From NCBI RefSeq assembly GCF_902459465.1, contig NC_047063.1, positions 19,840,001-19,904,000 of the forward strand: a DNA stretch of 64,000 bases. Reading direction: 5' to 3'. A program made the translations under genes and the position numbers. Positions within the stretch are counted from its first letter, which is position 1, and the number at the start of each line of letters is the position of its first letter. Positions 50,701 through 62,259 of the stretch are shown one piece after another. Below the pieces are notes generated by a model, which saw only the letters and a list, made by a program, of their open reading frames with translations, was not told the origin of the DNA and did no database searches. This DNA comes from Asterias rubens. Taxonomy: Eukaryota.

Positions 50701-53235
50701 CGATGATTCATCACGTTGGTTCCGGGTAGAAATGTATTGGTAGCTCTTCCGGTAGTCCTCGAGAGCGAGTAGGACTTTCTCGGTAACTTTCTCGGGGTCT
50801 TCAAACCTCTCACAGATGATTCTAACATCGTAGACCCCCTCGTAGAACTGTTGTCTGAATCTGAGCAGGTCTAGCATCGAGGCTCCTGGTGATTGTCCGA
50901 CAATGCGGTCAACCTTCATCCGGTTCAGACGTTCTGCGATGTCGTGTTCATCAACATCCAGGAAAATGACGAGCCCCGTTTGGGCAGCATGTTGCAGTGA
51001 CTGTCTGTGCATGGGAACCGATCCACTTAGGGAGAGAATGCTGCTGCTTAGGTCCAACTTCAACAAGGCTTCTCCTTCAGCAGCCACAAAGTTATCAGGA
51101 CCAACTTCAGTTAGCTTCAAGGATGAAAAACAAAATGTTTCTATTTAGTACAGAAATGTTTTTGTTATGATAAAGCAGTGTTTGTATCTCCTCAGTGCTC
51201 TCTGAAACCTACTGGGGAAATCCCAAGAAGCACATAGGTCATTGCGATGCATGTAACCATTCATCCTGACAGTCTGGGACCATCGGAGAGTAGGTTGGAG
51301 TTGAGCCCATGACAGCTTCTATATTCTAGAGCATGTAGAGCCGCAGACCTCAAAACTCACCTTGCTGCCTGGTAACATGGGGCCAACTTGATATAAATTG
51401 CAGTACAGACTGAGATTAACAAACTGCCAGAGTGATAATTCATCCATATGTCAGATGATTTGTTTACTCCATTGTGTCTCAGAACAAACCTTACAACTTT
51501 TTCCAAAATCAGTCTTACATTTTTTACCCAAATGCTTAAGTCACTTAGCACACATTCATAAAAATAAAGAGGTGTTACAACCTACTATTCTGCATCACTA
51601 CACAATGAGTGCAGTCGTCTTTTTGTTGGTAACAGTCCGCTCAGCAGAGGTACAGAAATTCAAAAGTATAAATTCGAAAAGTCTGGGTTTACCAATCAAA
51701 TTATAAATAATTTTTCTTCTATAGTTACAAGTTTGTCTAGCCGAGCTAGTGCAGTGTGAGGTGTGGAACATTTTCCCCCTAATTAGGCTATTAGTGTTTC
51801 CCTACCTTTTCAGCCACAGTCATGTTCCAGTGTCTCTCTAAATAGTCATTGTCAAAGTCGACCACAGGCCAGCCAAGTTTACGAGCCAGAATTCTACCCA
51901 CGGTGGTCTTTCCACAGCCTGGACTTCCCATTAAGATGATGTTACTCTTCTCCTGTCAATAACAACAATTATTTGTGAATATTTAAATTATACACACTGG
52001 GCACAAACGGTCGATCAATGCAATCAGTTGTTCTCGATCCACGATCGGTAGATTCTGTTAGTACGATACCTGTGACTTAACCCTCCTTTAAAGGCACCGG
52101 ACACCTTTGGTATTAATATATTCAGAGACCAGTATCTCACGTGTTCCAACAATGTGCATAAAACAAAAAATCTGTGAAATGTTGACTCAGTTCAGATGGT
52201 CATCGAATTTGCATGAGAATAATGAAAGAAGAAAAACAATTTGTGTGCTTTCAGATGCCTAATAAAAGGCTTCTGGCCCGAAGTCTTTAAATATTTGACT
52301 TGAGTGAGAAATTACCTTTCTCAAAAACTATGTCACTTAGAGGGAGCCGTTTAAAAAAAAGGCGAGTTGCGGCAGCGAGTTGACGGCGAGTTGACGGCAA
52401 GTACTAGAGTAGGACCCCATGAGGGGGTCTGCACGTTTATCATGTTTATCACCTGTTTCCAGTTGCGGCAGTCATGGAGTGTGACAAGAAAAGGCCCAGC
52501 CTGCACACAATAACAACATTTACTCTGACCTCAAATTTCATTCATTGGAGAGAAAATATATACAAATAATAAAATATAATGAATAGGGTAGATGGCCTTA
52601 GCTTTCGATCCAATCCGGACCTTCTTCAGAGGCATAAGACAAGTACAAACAAATACATATCCATTTATAGAAAAAGAGAGGGGGAAAGGGATTAAGGAAA
52701 GGATCCAGAAAGAAGCGGGAAAATAACAGCCAATCAAAGTTCCTATTTCAGAAACAATATTGGGGGCAAATAATAAAATATTTAATATAATGTCTATTGT
52801 GTGTGTCTATCCTGTTTTGGATAACTTTCCGTATGGCGCCACCACTTTTTCACTCATTTTTACAAAAAGGGATATATCAATCAGGTAAATTAGATACTAT
52901 ATTATTTTATTTCGAATGAAAAAGTGGTGGCGCCATACGGAAACTTTTCCCCTGTTTTGTATACTTTTGTATGATTGTATTTATTTTTTTATGAACCTGC
53001 CCACCCTCATGGTCATGCCCAACTAACTTACACGGAATCCAGCCTGGATTCCAGAGGTCACGGTGGTTAGCGATCTTCTTACTCCCCTGCTCAATCTGAA
53101 TAAATTGTCAATGTCATCATATTTCACCAGGCTGGCCAAAGACGATCTTTTAAGAAGTAGACCACCATGTGGACCAAATCCATATCTCGCACTTTGCTTT
53201 GCAAAATGTTTCCACCTAACTAAGCATTGTGCCAT
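41726..53235 (-). CDS. THNSL1: Threonine synthase-like 1 (shikimate-kinase-like domain + PLP threonine synthase fold), 765 aa
   Basis: Exons 53235-53032, 51952-51806, 51114-50309, 49697-49627, 48464-48360, 47858-47590, 46603-46446, 45873-45780, 43132-43036, 42072-41726 (2298 nt). P-loop GSPGCGKT, PLP-Lys motif FHGPTASFKD, ATSGDTG, NSINWGR, PTGNFGN, DPHTAV. Arg/Ser-rich N-terminus resembles a transit peptide. Confidence 0.95.
43600..45694 (-). mobile_element. 5'-truncated L2/CR1-group LINE in a THNSL1 intron (sense orientation)
   Basis: 475-aa RT ORF 43829-45256 (ENFRPVSNL, GIPQGSCLGP, YSDDTQLY, LHWLP), frameshifted upstream parts to about 45694, and a (TTTA)n 3' tail. Confidence 0.92.
45923..46290 (+). 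mobile_element. tRNA-Leu-derived DeuSINE-like element
   Basis: A/B boxes, CTCAAG anticodon-like loop, Deu-domain-like GTCCTTCCGATGGGAGG..CCCCGGTGTTCCTGG, and GCGCT tail. Confidence 0.75.
47214..47542. mobile_element. Kolobok-like MITE family A
   Basis: TTAA TSD and TIRs. Confidence 0.88.
48997..49193. mobile_element. Harbinger-like MITE
   Basis: About 35-bp TIR AGCCCGGTTCATACTTCCTGCGAATGCGAATGCGA. Relatives at about 18380-18457, 23240-23305 and 48540-48660. Confidence 0.8.
49744..50110. mobile_element. Kolobok-like MITE family D
   Basis: TTAA|AGGGATACATTGCCTTGGAT with inverted ATCCAAGGCAA near 50100. Confidence 0.55.
52092..52350. mobile_element. Diverged partial Kolobok-like MITE
   Basis: TTAA|AGGCACCGGACACC start and family-A internal homology. 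Confidence 0.6.
52595..52633 (-). ncRNA. Minimal type I hammerhead ribozyme motif (Penelope/retrozyme type)
   Basis: GCCU-CUGAAGA-A-GGUCC-GGAUU-GGAUC-GAAA-GC-UA-AGGC. Confidence 0.7.
52823..52945. mobile_element. About 120-bp MITE with TTTCCGTATGGCGCCACCACTTTT TIR
   Basis: Near-identical copy at 55413-55537 and a longer inverted copy at 4393-4548. Confidence 0.8.
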
Positions 53236-53854
53236 TTTAAATCTTTGCGTTTGAAAATATCTTTAAAACTAAAAAGCACAGCGTTTCTGTGGTGATGGCA
53301 TCGTCTGCTGTCAACTTGTGCGGTACCCATCTCCAAAAGTCATAGCTTTATTAAACTATTTGCACTAGCAAGTAAAGTACCGACTACAAACTGATGCAAA
53401 TTACAAAGAAGCTTTTTGATTGGCCACATAACAAAGATTTTAGTATTCCGGCCAATGAAAAATACTTTGATACAGATACTGGGCAACAGCCGATAGCATA
53501 GCGGGCGGCCCGATTCGCTAGCGGGCGGTATATCGCACTCGCTCTCACGGTCGCCGGTAGCTCGCTCTGCGAACTTTCTTCAACCGGAGGCTGGTCATCT
53601 CGCCCCCTAGGAAAGTCGTCCCCAGAAAATAATGTAGGCTACAATACTTCAGCCGTCACTGTTTCTTGTGGATTCATTATTTGTTCCGCCCTGAATCAGT
53701 GAATATGTCTCACTTTACTCAAATGTATGATTCATTAATTGCTATTTAGCCTATGTATTTGTTTAGGTTACAGCTGCTTATACTTTCTTTTGTGGAGGCC
53801 GCTTATAACGGGGCGTTTTTTGTGTGGAAGAAATCAACGGTTTTCTTCTCCAGT

Positions 53855-53897
53855 CATAGCGTGGTAAATCCTGGAGTCCAGGATTTACCACGCTATG
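53855..53897. repeat. Perfect 20-bp hairpin with 3-nt loop
   Basis: CATAGCGTGGTAAATCCTGG-AGT-CCAGGATTTACCACGCTATG. Confidence 0.95.
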
Positions 53898-54122
53898 GCA
53901 ACATAATAAGATTAATATAACAACTCAAATTAACCGTGCTTACGGCAATTTCACGGGTTAGCGGCGAATTTTGGCTTCTGCGCGTGCGCACTTCACGTTA
54001 CTAATTAGGCATTCTATGCTTACAAGGCTAGCGCAGAAGTTCGGCGCTTGATAAGTATAAAGCGGGGAATCGGTGGTCGTAAACGCAGAATTCGGAGGTA
54101 AGCAGAGCCATGAAATTGGGGC

Positions 54123-54615
54123 CCGGTGTGGCGGTTTCAACTTTCCGCTGTGTTCAGTTTTCCGAATGACCAAATACGGTAGCATTACGTCATGCGATGC
54201 CTGCGCACAGCAAGCGAAAGTAGTCAATTTTTAGTGCCGTATTGAGTCGTCCATTACCCTCCGGTAGCTGTCATGGCGGCGTCCACGAGTCGAGTACAAC
54301 TAGCGGCAAACGCGTGGATCGTATGAGTTGTTTTTTATGCAAGCAGAGTGTGACCTGCCTAAAGTTGTACCCATGAATACATGTAAAGATGGGGCAAGAG
54401 ATTATGTGACTACACAGAAAAGAATCGTAATATAAACAATTTGGGGGTCATTGCTGAGAGAACTACAGTACTCGCGTACTCGCGGCGGTATCTGACAGGT
54501 CACCCGGAAAACTGAACACGCCGGAAAGCTAAAACCGTTTGAGCAACGTGTCGAAATTTCCAGCTACGTCACCCGGAAAACTGAACACGGCGGAAGTCTG
54601 AAACCGCCACACCGG
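54123..54615. mobile_element. Unclassified TIR element
   Basis: About 40-bp TIR CCGGTGTGGCGGTTTCA..GTGTTCAGTTTTCCG. Confidence 0.65.
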
Positions 54616-54958
54616 TCCTTGCTCTATGAATGAACGATATAGCTGACGAAGATTTTTTACCGAAACTTGATCTACTATTTACAAAATAAAATATAAAAAT
54701 ATAAAAACATACGTGGTGATTATCGGAAATTTTGGTTTATTTTTGGAAACCACAGACTGTAATGAAAAAGTTGAAATCTTTTCCAGGATTTAAAAAAATA
54801 ATATCCAAGGAAAGTCAACAAACCTAAATAAACCACTGGTTAAAAGACTACTTTGTGATCAATATTCATTTTTCCGAAATAGGGCGATGCCATTGGATAA
54901 AAATAACAAAAGCGGCGACACCCGCCACCACACTGCGCCGCTCGCTAGGATTTAGCAG

Positions 54959-54969
54959 TGCGCATGCGC
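54959..54969. promoter_or_regulatory. NRF1-type palindromic site in a CpG-rich region upstream of THNSL1
   Basis: TGCGCATGCGC. Confidence 0.45.
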
Positions 54970-55412
54970 GAGTTGAGCAGCGCCATTACTACTAGTACTA
55001 AGAGGATTTGACTCGATGACGTAGTTCTTAATTTCACCAAGAAAAGGTAAAACAATTTTGTTTTAATTTCTTCCTGTTGAAATGCATTTCCGTAAAACCG
55101 CTGGTAGTTCGTGCATGGTAATCTTTGGTTATTTTGCACTTAAAATTTATGTACAAAGTCCCCTCAATTTCATTCTGACTCCGTGCCCAAAACACACTCA
55201 TGAATAATCCGGTTCTGTTCACTGCTGTGTGCCACTCACTGTGGTGGTGCTAGTGCTACAGTACTTTACAGGACCTGCCTTAATACTATAATAATAGCCC
55301 TGGTAGGACGTCAGTCAGTGCCACTGCACTGACGTCTTGGGATTAAAGGTTCTTTACAATGCAAACACAAATTTTACTCAAATTTTCTTTATTTTTTACC
55401 TGATTTGAGGGT

Positions 55413-55537
55413 TAACTTTCCGTATGGCGCCACCACTTTTTCACTCATTTTTACAAAAAGGGACATATCAATCAGGTAAATTAGATACTATAGTATTTTA
55501 TTTCGAATGAAAAAGTGGTGGCGCCATACAGAAACTT
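55413..55537. mobile_element. Second copy of the about 120-bp MITE
   Basis: Near-identical to 52823-52945. Confidence 0.8.
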
Positions 55538-57879
55538 TTCCGATTTGAGAAGCTGAAATTCTGTTCATATATTCATAGTATCCCTCACTATATTCTCAAC
55601 GAGTTCACAAAATTAAGTTGTTTTTTTTTGTGAAAAGAAAAACATTTTTTAGCAGCATAGCCGTCTGCCACCATCTTGGTTTTTCACAGGACCTCCTGTA
55701 CATATGTGCAGACAACAGAGGGCGCCTTCCTTCGTGCGTATATTTTCTTTTCCCGGTACGGTTAGCATGCGCTAATTTATGGTAAAAAGTGGCCTCATTT
55801 GTTCTGGGAAAAAAATACGCTTCCTGCACATGGAGTCTTGGCACAAGACGTCAATGCTCGGTATCGCATAGTTCTGCGCTTTGTGTAAATTGTTCGCTGA
55901 CTATTATCTGCTTAAGTGTTTGGTTGCCGCAAGTTGAAGGCGATTTGGCTGCAAATAGTAGGCCACCAGTGATCAGTGCAAGAAAGTGTTTACACGGAAG
56001 TTAGTGCACGACGTAAGAATGGAAAATGTCAATTTCAATTTTCTTTTCACAAAATATTAACACCAAAGGAGACATTTCAACAATTTTAAATAATGCGGGC
56101 TTGGATTTCCAACTACAAGGACCGTCAGTTAATCCATCCCCCCACACAAAATGCTTAGATGCTTTTACTTGCATGATATGCGTATCTTCTGCACCTGCTA
56201 GTTTCCACCGCGACCAATGTGCGAGTATAATCCAGAGCAGGTTTCTGCACAGTATAAGAAGATGAGATGTTGGTGATGATCTTCATAAATAATAAGAAAC
56301 TGATTCTTCCTTGGCCCTATGTCTATCTACTCCATGCTAGGGGGTGAAATCTTTTTTTGAATAGAAACATCGTTTTTATGCGGATATCCTTGCCCCCATT
56401 ATTTTGTGTCACTTACCGTAGCGGGCACATTGGCCTGAAGAGCACATTCACTCGAATGTGCTTTTAGTCTTGGTGTATCTCTAGCAAAAACATTGTCTGG
56501 CCAATGGTTGTATATATCTGCCATCTCACATCTGGCGTTTATTGAGTCTCGTATATAAATCTCGCATTAGGTCTTTCATACACGAATGGGCTTTTTCCAT
56601 TTGGTTTTTACGTGCATGTCGTTCAAACACAGAATGGTTAAGTCCAACTCCGTCCCGGCTCAGCTGGTCATCAATTATTCGGGTTGGGATTACTCCACTC
56701 ATAGAGGGCGTTCTGAGTGGTGATCGGTGATCTCTGTGGCGCGGAGCCAATAGAGGGAGTTTCGTGATAGTTGAGTATTGCACCAATACTAGATTATGCA
56801 CATTATCGGTATCGCTCAGCATGCCTAGTCTGTTTAAAAAAAATTGACTTGTATTACAGTTGGAGATCGTGCGTACCATACAGCCGTCAAAGTGTCTGAC
56901 AGGTCAAGTTGATATGACGCGTGGAATCGTCAAGTACGAATTGTTTGAACTCCCATTCTTACTCGTGACCATGTGCATTGTTAAACTTCATTGCAACATC
57001 TGTTATTGTGGTATATATATCTATAGGGCCTTCTGGCTCTCGTTCATTACAGAAAATGATATGAATCACATCTAGCCCTTTTAACGGAAGTTCTTATACT
57101 TTATTTGCAGATGTGGTTGAAGATGCATTCAAGATGGTTCAAGACTCAAGGTCGGATCTTCACATCAAGCTTGCAAGAAGAAGATTGGAATTAGGTCAGT
57201 GCAGATCAAATCCAGAAATGGATCCAATTGTATCAATAAAACATTCATTCTGTAAATCTATACTCTTTAGTAAACAATCACAGTGCTAACTGTAACTTGC
57301 TTCAGTAAATTCTAGTAATGATTGATGTAAAATTACAAATTCCTATGTTATGACAATCAGGGTTAAAATTTTGCAAATGGTTCTGAAGAACTCATGCAGC
57401 ATCAACTTGTTAATATAAGTCCACTCAAGATGAATGGCCTATTTTTATTGTTTATGTATATCCACATTATGTTTTTCGAATGGACCATGCAATACTACAT
57501 ATCAAATAGTATCAAAAAATCAATGAGGTCTTTTGAAATCTACACTTATTATTGATATATCCGAATCATTTAATTTACTTCATACAATGGCTTTTGTGGA
57601 AATTGATTTAGTCGGAGAACAGACTCTGAATTGTAGAATCATTTAACTACAAAAGTACTTGCCTTCAGCTCATACATTCCATAAACAATTTGTCATTTAT
57701 ACACTTTCTTATGTGCTGCTCAGAACTATAAGGTCGCTAAAGGCTTTTTTATATTTCTAATGATCTCCAGATCATTAGGTGAAAAATGCATACAAATTTG
57801 AAAAAAGTAGATAAAAATCAATAAAATAAAATTTTACTTTGAAGTGATAGTTTCAATTTTGAAAAACACTATTGATCAA

Positions 57880-58400
57880 TAAACTCCATTTACTAGAGCT
57901 CAACAATACTGGCTTAAATTGGTGATGTGGTTCTGTTTGAGGCCAAGTTCTGGGTGCAGAATCTTGGTGAGATGTTGGCCTTGTAGGTTGTTGAAACCCT
58001 GGGCGCCATGATGGGACGAAGGGGAACATCGGGATTGTGAACTTGGGTTGACCGAAGAAACAAGGGCAGGTGGATGCAGAGGTCTTTTGATGACAGTATC
58101 TGGGTGAGCTGATGGCCTTAGAAACTGATGGAGAGATCAGAGCTTGTTGCTGATCTTGCATTCAATGGCCAAGATGGTTTTTTTTGGTAGGCGTCTGTAA
58201 GTGTCAGTCGACAGAATTTTAGTCACCTTGTGGTCATACTTAGTGGTAGATATGTCCACAGTGGTGTGTCGGCTGACATGAAGTGGATGGATTGGTCTTT
58301 AGGTAGGGCTTAGATGGCAGCATTCTACTGCTTGCTTTTGAATGGTCTTGGTAGGTTAGTGTTCTTGAGGATTAGCAGGATCTGGATATGGACTTGAGTT
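57880..58400 (-). pseudogene. Decayed Penelope-like RT fragment
   Basis: CFFGQPKFTIPMFP; inverted homolog of 58470-58800. Confidence 0.75.
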
Positions 58401-58469
58401 AGGTTTAGGGCAGAGTGATGGTTGAGTTAAGGTTAGGGTTTGTGGTCGAGTCCACATCTGACTTATAAC

Positions 58470-58990
58470 CTCAAGGAGACTGCGATTCCGTCGACCAACA
58501 CTTACATACATTTACCAAGAAACTCCATTCTGGCCATCGAACACAAGATAAGCAACAAGCTCCGGTCTCTCCATCAGTCTCGTCTCAAGCCATCAGCACA
58601 CCCAGGCCATCTCGAGACTTCTGCATCCCCCTGCCCTCGTTTCTTCGGTCAACCCAAGATTCACAATCCTGATATTCCCCTCCATCCCATCGTGGCACCC
58701 AGGGTTTCAACAATCTACAAGGCCAGACATCTCACAAAGATTCTCCTACCACTACTTGGCCTCAAACAGACCACATCACCAATTTAAGCCAGTTCGTCAA
58801 CATCATAAATGACATTCACCTTGGTCAAACTGACATTCTTGAGAGTTTTGACAAAGTCTCTCTCTTCACCAACATACCTAAGAAAGAAACATGTCTCATC
58901 GTCAAATAATGCCTACAAGTTAATCCCTCCATGACAGACCCCACAAGCCTCACTATTCAACATGTCATCTATTTTCTCACTACCTGCGTA
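58470..58990 (+). pseudogene. Decayed Penelope-like RT fragment
   Basis: PRFFGQPKIHNPDIPLHPIV..RHLTKILLPLLG, then ILESFDKVSLFTNIP. Confidence 0.85.
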
Positions 58991-59743
58991 TTTTCATAAA
59001 GCTTCTGATTGAGGGACTAGTTCTATGATATACAAGTTTCTAGTAGGCTTCATAATGGTCTTCCTTGCACACACTTAAATACCTCAATGATTTCTGATAC
59101 TATTTTATTGGTAGTAATTGGATTGTTTATTCTAAAAACATGATATGAGTTATTTGTAACCTATACAAATAGGGCATTTATCTTGAATGGACTTTTCACA
59201 GGACTCAGGAAAGTACTGAGTAAACAGTGTTAACACACATTGGTGTAAGGGTTAAACCAAAATTATCAATCTTTATCTTGGATGCAAATTTAACATCTTT
59301 TAAAATAGGAATGGTAGTTTTACGTCGATTATTACTTAATTTTACCAAAGCAACAGCTGTCACTGAAGTGCTCAGAACTATAATACAGTCTTTATTGCAA
59401 TTATGGGTCTCATAAAAATGCTTTGCATATTGTTAAGCTCCTGGTAATTGTATATGAAATAAATTAAATATTTGATTTCTCAATAATAAGTGTAGATTCC
59501 GCAGATTACCCATGCATGCATATTTTCAGTAATTTTACGAACGGCCACAAATCCCTTGCAGCCAAAAATGTATATTTGGAGAAACCATTTTTAGAGTTTA
59601 GAAGTTAATTTTGAAATTACTGGCTGGTACATGGAGACTTCACGGTTTAATTTTTTGAAATTTTACACTGACAGCTATCTGGTCCTGTTACCGTAAACAT
59701 TATTATTCCGAAGTAACTTTGATCATCTTGTTGTTGATTTGTT

Positions 59744-60106
59744 GAGGAACATTACATAATTGGTATGAACAAAACTTGTCTCAGATCACAGATTTACATC
59801 AAACTTACTAGGTCTATTGATGATTGACACTGACAGAAGAAAACATCCCTTTAAACGTTTCTGTCTGAAATGTCATATTTTATGAGAAGTTTATAAAACT
59901 AATTTCCCGTTTTGAGTTCGTTGCACAGTGAGCAAAAATGTGTTATAAATTTTCACTATTTTCTCGTGACCCAGGTGGCTTTTCGGTCTTTAGCCTATAC
60001 AGGTTTGTTTATGTTCATTGTAAATGGTGGATTACATGAAGTGTTTACAATGCCTGGAGTGCCAGCAACTGTTTTGTTAGCAAAAGCCGATAATGTAATG
60101 TTGCTT
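59744..60106. mobile_element. Kolobok-like MITE family C, diverged
   Basis: Colinear with 39020-39396. Confidence 0.7.
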
Positions 60107-60267
60107 TAAACATAACTTTTACATATTGTATTTGTGTAGTGTGATGAATTGGTTATAATGCTAATTATTAAATCGTTTGCTGGTGAGACAGCCGTGTATT
60201 GGACCATGGTCCCTCTGTAATTTTCCTGAAATATAAAGAGAGTTTTATCAAACATGTCAAAGGGTGT

Positions 60268-60466
60268 ATAGAGGCACTGGACGATATTGGTAATTACTCA
60301 AAAAGAAATTTAGCATAAAAAGACCTAGGCCCTACTTGGTAACCAGCAATAGAGAGCTGACTAATTGAGTCCAAATTTTCACAGGTTTGTTTTTTGATGT
60401 ATACGTATATGTATACACCAAGTGAGAATACTGGTCTTTGTCGGTTATCAAATTTGTCAAGTACCT
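60268..60466. mobile_element. Diverged, deleted Kolobok-like MITE
   Basis: GGCACTGGAC..GGTAATTACTCAAAA and AGTACCT|TTAA. Confidence 0.6.
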
Positions 60467-61194
60467 TTAAAAGCTTGCTACAGTGTGTATGATTCTTTGA
60501 GTTTATTTTATAATTTTGAGTAGGAGTCTACATGTACTTTATAAAACAGTATTCACATCTCTGGCAAAAATGATAGCATACTTTGTAGTTCAATGTCTGA
60601 TCATCTTGCAATATTTGCAGTACTATGAAGGGAATATTAAACATTCATTCAAGTAGCACATTCTGTTTCAACTTTGATCTTGCACTGCATCTCTATTGCT
60701 GTTCTCTATTTTAATTTCAGTTTAAGTTTCACATTGTTTAAATTTTATTTTATCTATCATATAGTGTGATTGCAGAAAACAAATCACATGTTTTATGAAG
60801 TGTGCCTACTCCTGTTTAAGCCTGGGCGACTTAAGTGTGACTAGGGTCGACACTATTTATTGCTTAGACGAGTCAGGACAACCACAATTCAACTACTAGG
60901 TTAATCATGCTGCCTTGAACATCACTGACATCAGTGACACAATCTATCAATCCTTTCAGCAGGAATTTTAGTAAATTGTGCCTGCGGGAAACAAATGCTG
61001 CATTGCATCTTGGGAATTAAAAATCACTCGCAACTACATGTAGTTCGAAATTGGCGACTGTTTGTGGTGCAACTAGTCAAAAAGTAAATGTCACTAGTTG
61101 CCCAGGCTTTACCCGTGTTGTTAATACCTATGTTAATATGTTGATTTTTTGAAGGTTAATTTCTACATTATTACCATTTAAAATATTTTATTAA

Positions 61195-61414
61195 AGGCAC
61201 TGGACACTACTGGTAATTACTCAAAGTAAATGAAGTAAATTTTGCCTGAGTCTTGTTTTTGTCATCTGTTACTCTTCTAAAAAAAAACTAAAAAAGGAAG
61301 AATTGTTTACAAATGTTTTGCGCCAATAGTTCCACAGAATTGTTACTTTGTGCATGTTTGGATACACCAAGTGAGATATTGGTCTTTGACAAATACCAAA
61401 CGTGTTCAGTGCCT
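61195..61414. mobile_element. Internally rearranged Kolobok-like MITE
   Basis: TTAA|AGGCACTGGACAC..GTGTTCAGTGCCT|TTAA. Confidence 0.7.
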
Positions 61415-62259
61415 TTAAGTAAAATAGGGAAAAAATAGAGAAACCTAAAACAACATGTCATTTCTCTCAGTGGCCCTTAAATCACCAATCTCATGAAATG
61501 CCTTCTACAAATTATATTTTTTATGAGTTGGAACCGATATCACACAACAACAAAATGTCTGTTTGAAAATTTGTTTTTCATAGGTACTTGAGCCGTCACT
61601 CAAATCATAGTAGTTTAATTTGTTGTCATGATTGGTAATAAATTAAAAAAGTTATGCAAGCCGTCAGACTATACGAGGCCTGAAGGCCACTTCAAGGTGT
61701 GAGCTACAATTTTCTTTTTCAGAGGCCTTGCCACCTACTCCTAGGGCTGAAACAGGGTTAACCACTTTTAAACTCCATAGGGATGTAGGCTTGGTGTATG
61801 TCTGATTCTTCTACATGTTTATTAGATATCAATCTGCTTCCCATTTTTGCTTGTGATTTATGTATCTAGTAACTTTAAATGAATGTGTCATACAATGTAG
61901 TCACAATTCAGCTGTAATGTTGTGAAAACTTAACCTTTAATCTGTTGATCTATCTATATCTATCTTTCTTTCTGTCAATCTTTCTTTGAACCTGTTGATC
62001 AATGGAGCCGAACAGCTAGCCACAGCGCTTTTCTCGAAATAGATAATAGTTTAAAACTGACATTGGCTCTAACGCCCGCGCTTAACTGGAAGTACTGGAA
62101 GTACAGGTCAAATGGGGTCACACTGTGTAGCTTTTGTTTAAAAGTATGCAAAGCCCATGTGATGATTTATAGATTGTACAAATCCATTGTGTGGTTTATG
62201 TGTTATGTTTTTATTTGTTATTAAACTTTTATTTAATGTATTTTTGAACATAATGTAGG

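Noticed and set aside
57722-57750. AACTATAAGGTCGCTAA resembling an LSU rRNA homing-endonuclease site
   Set aside because: Short partial match with no flanking rRNA similarity.
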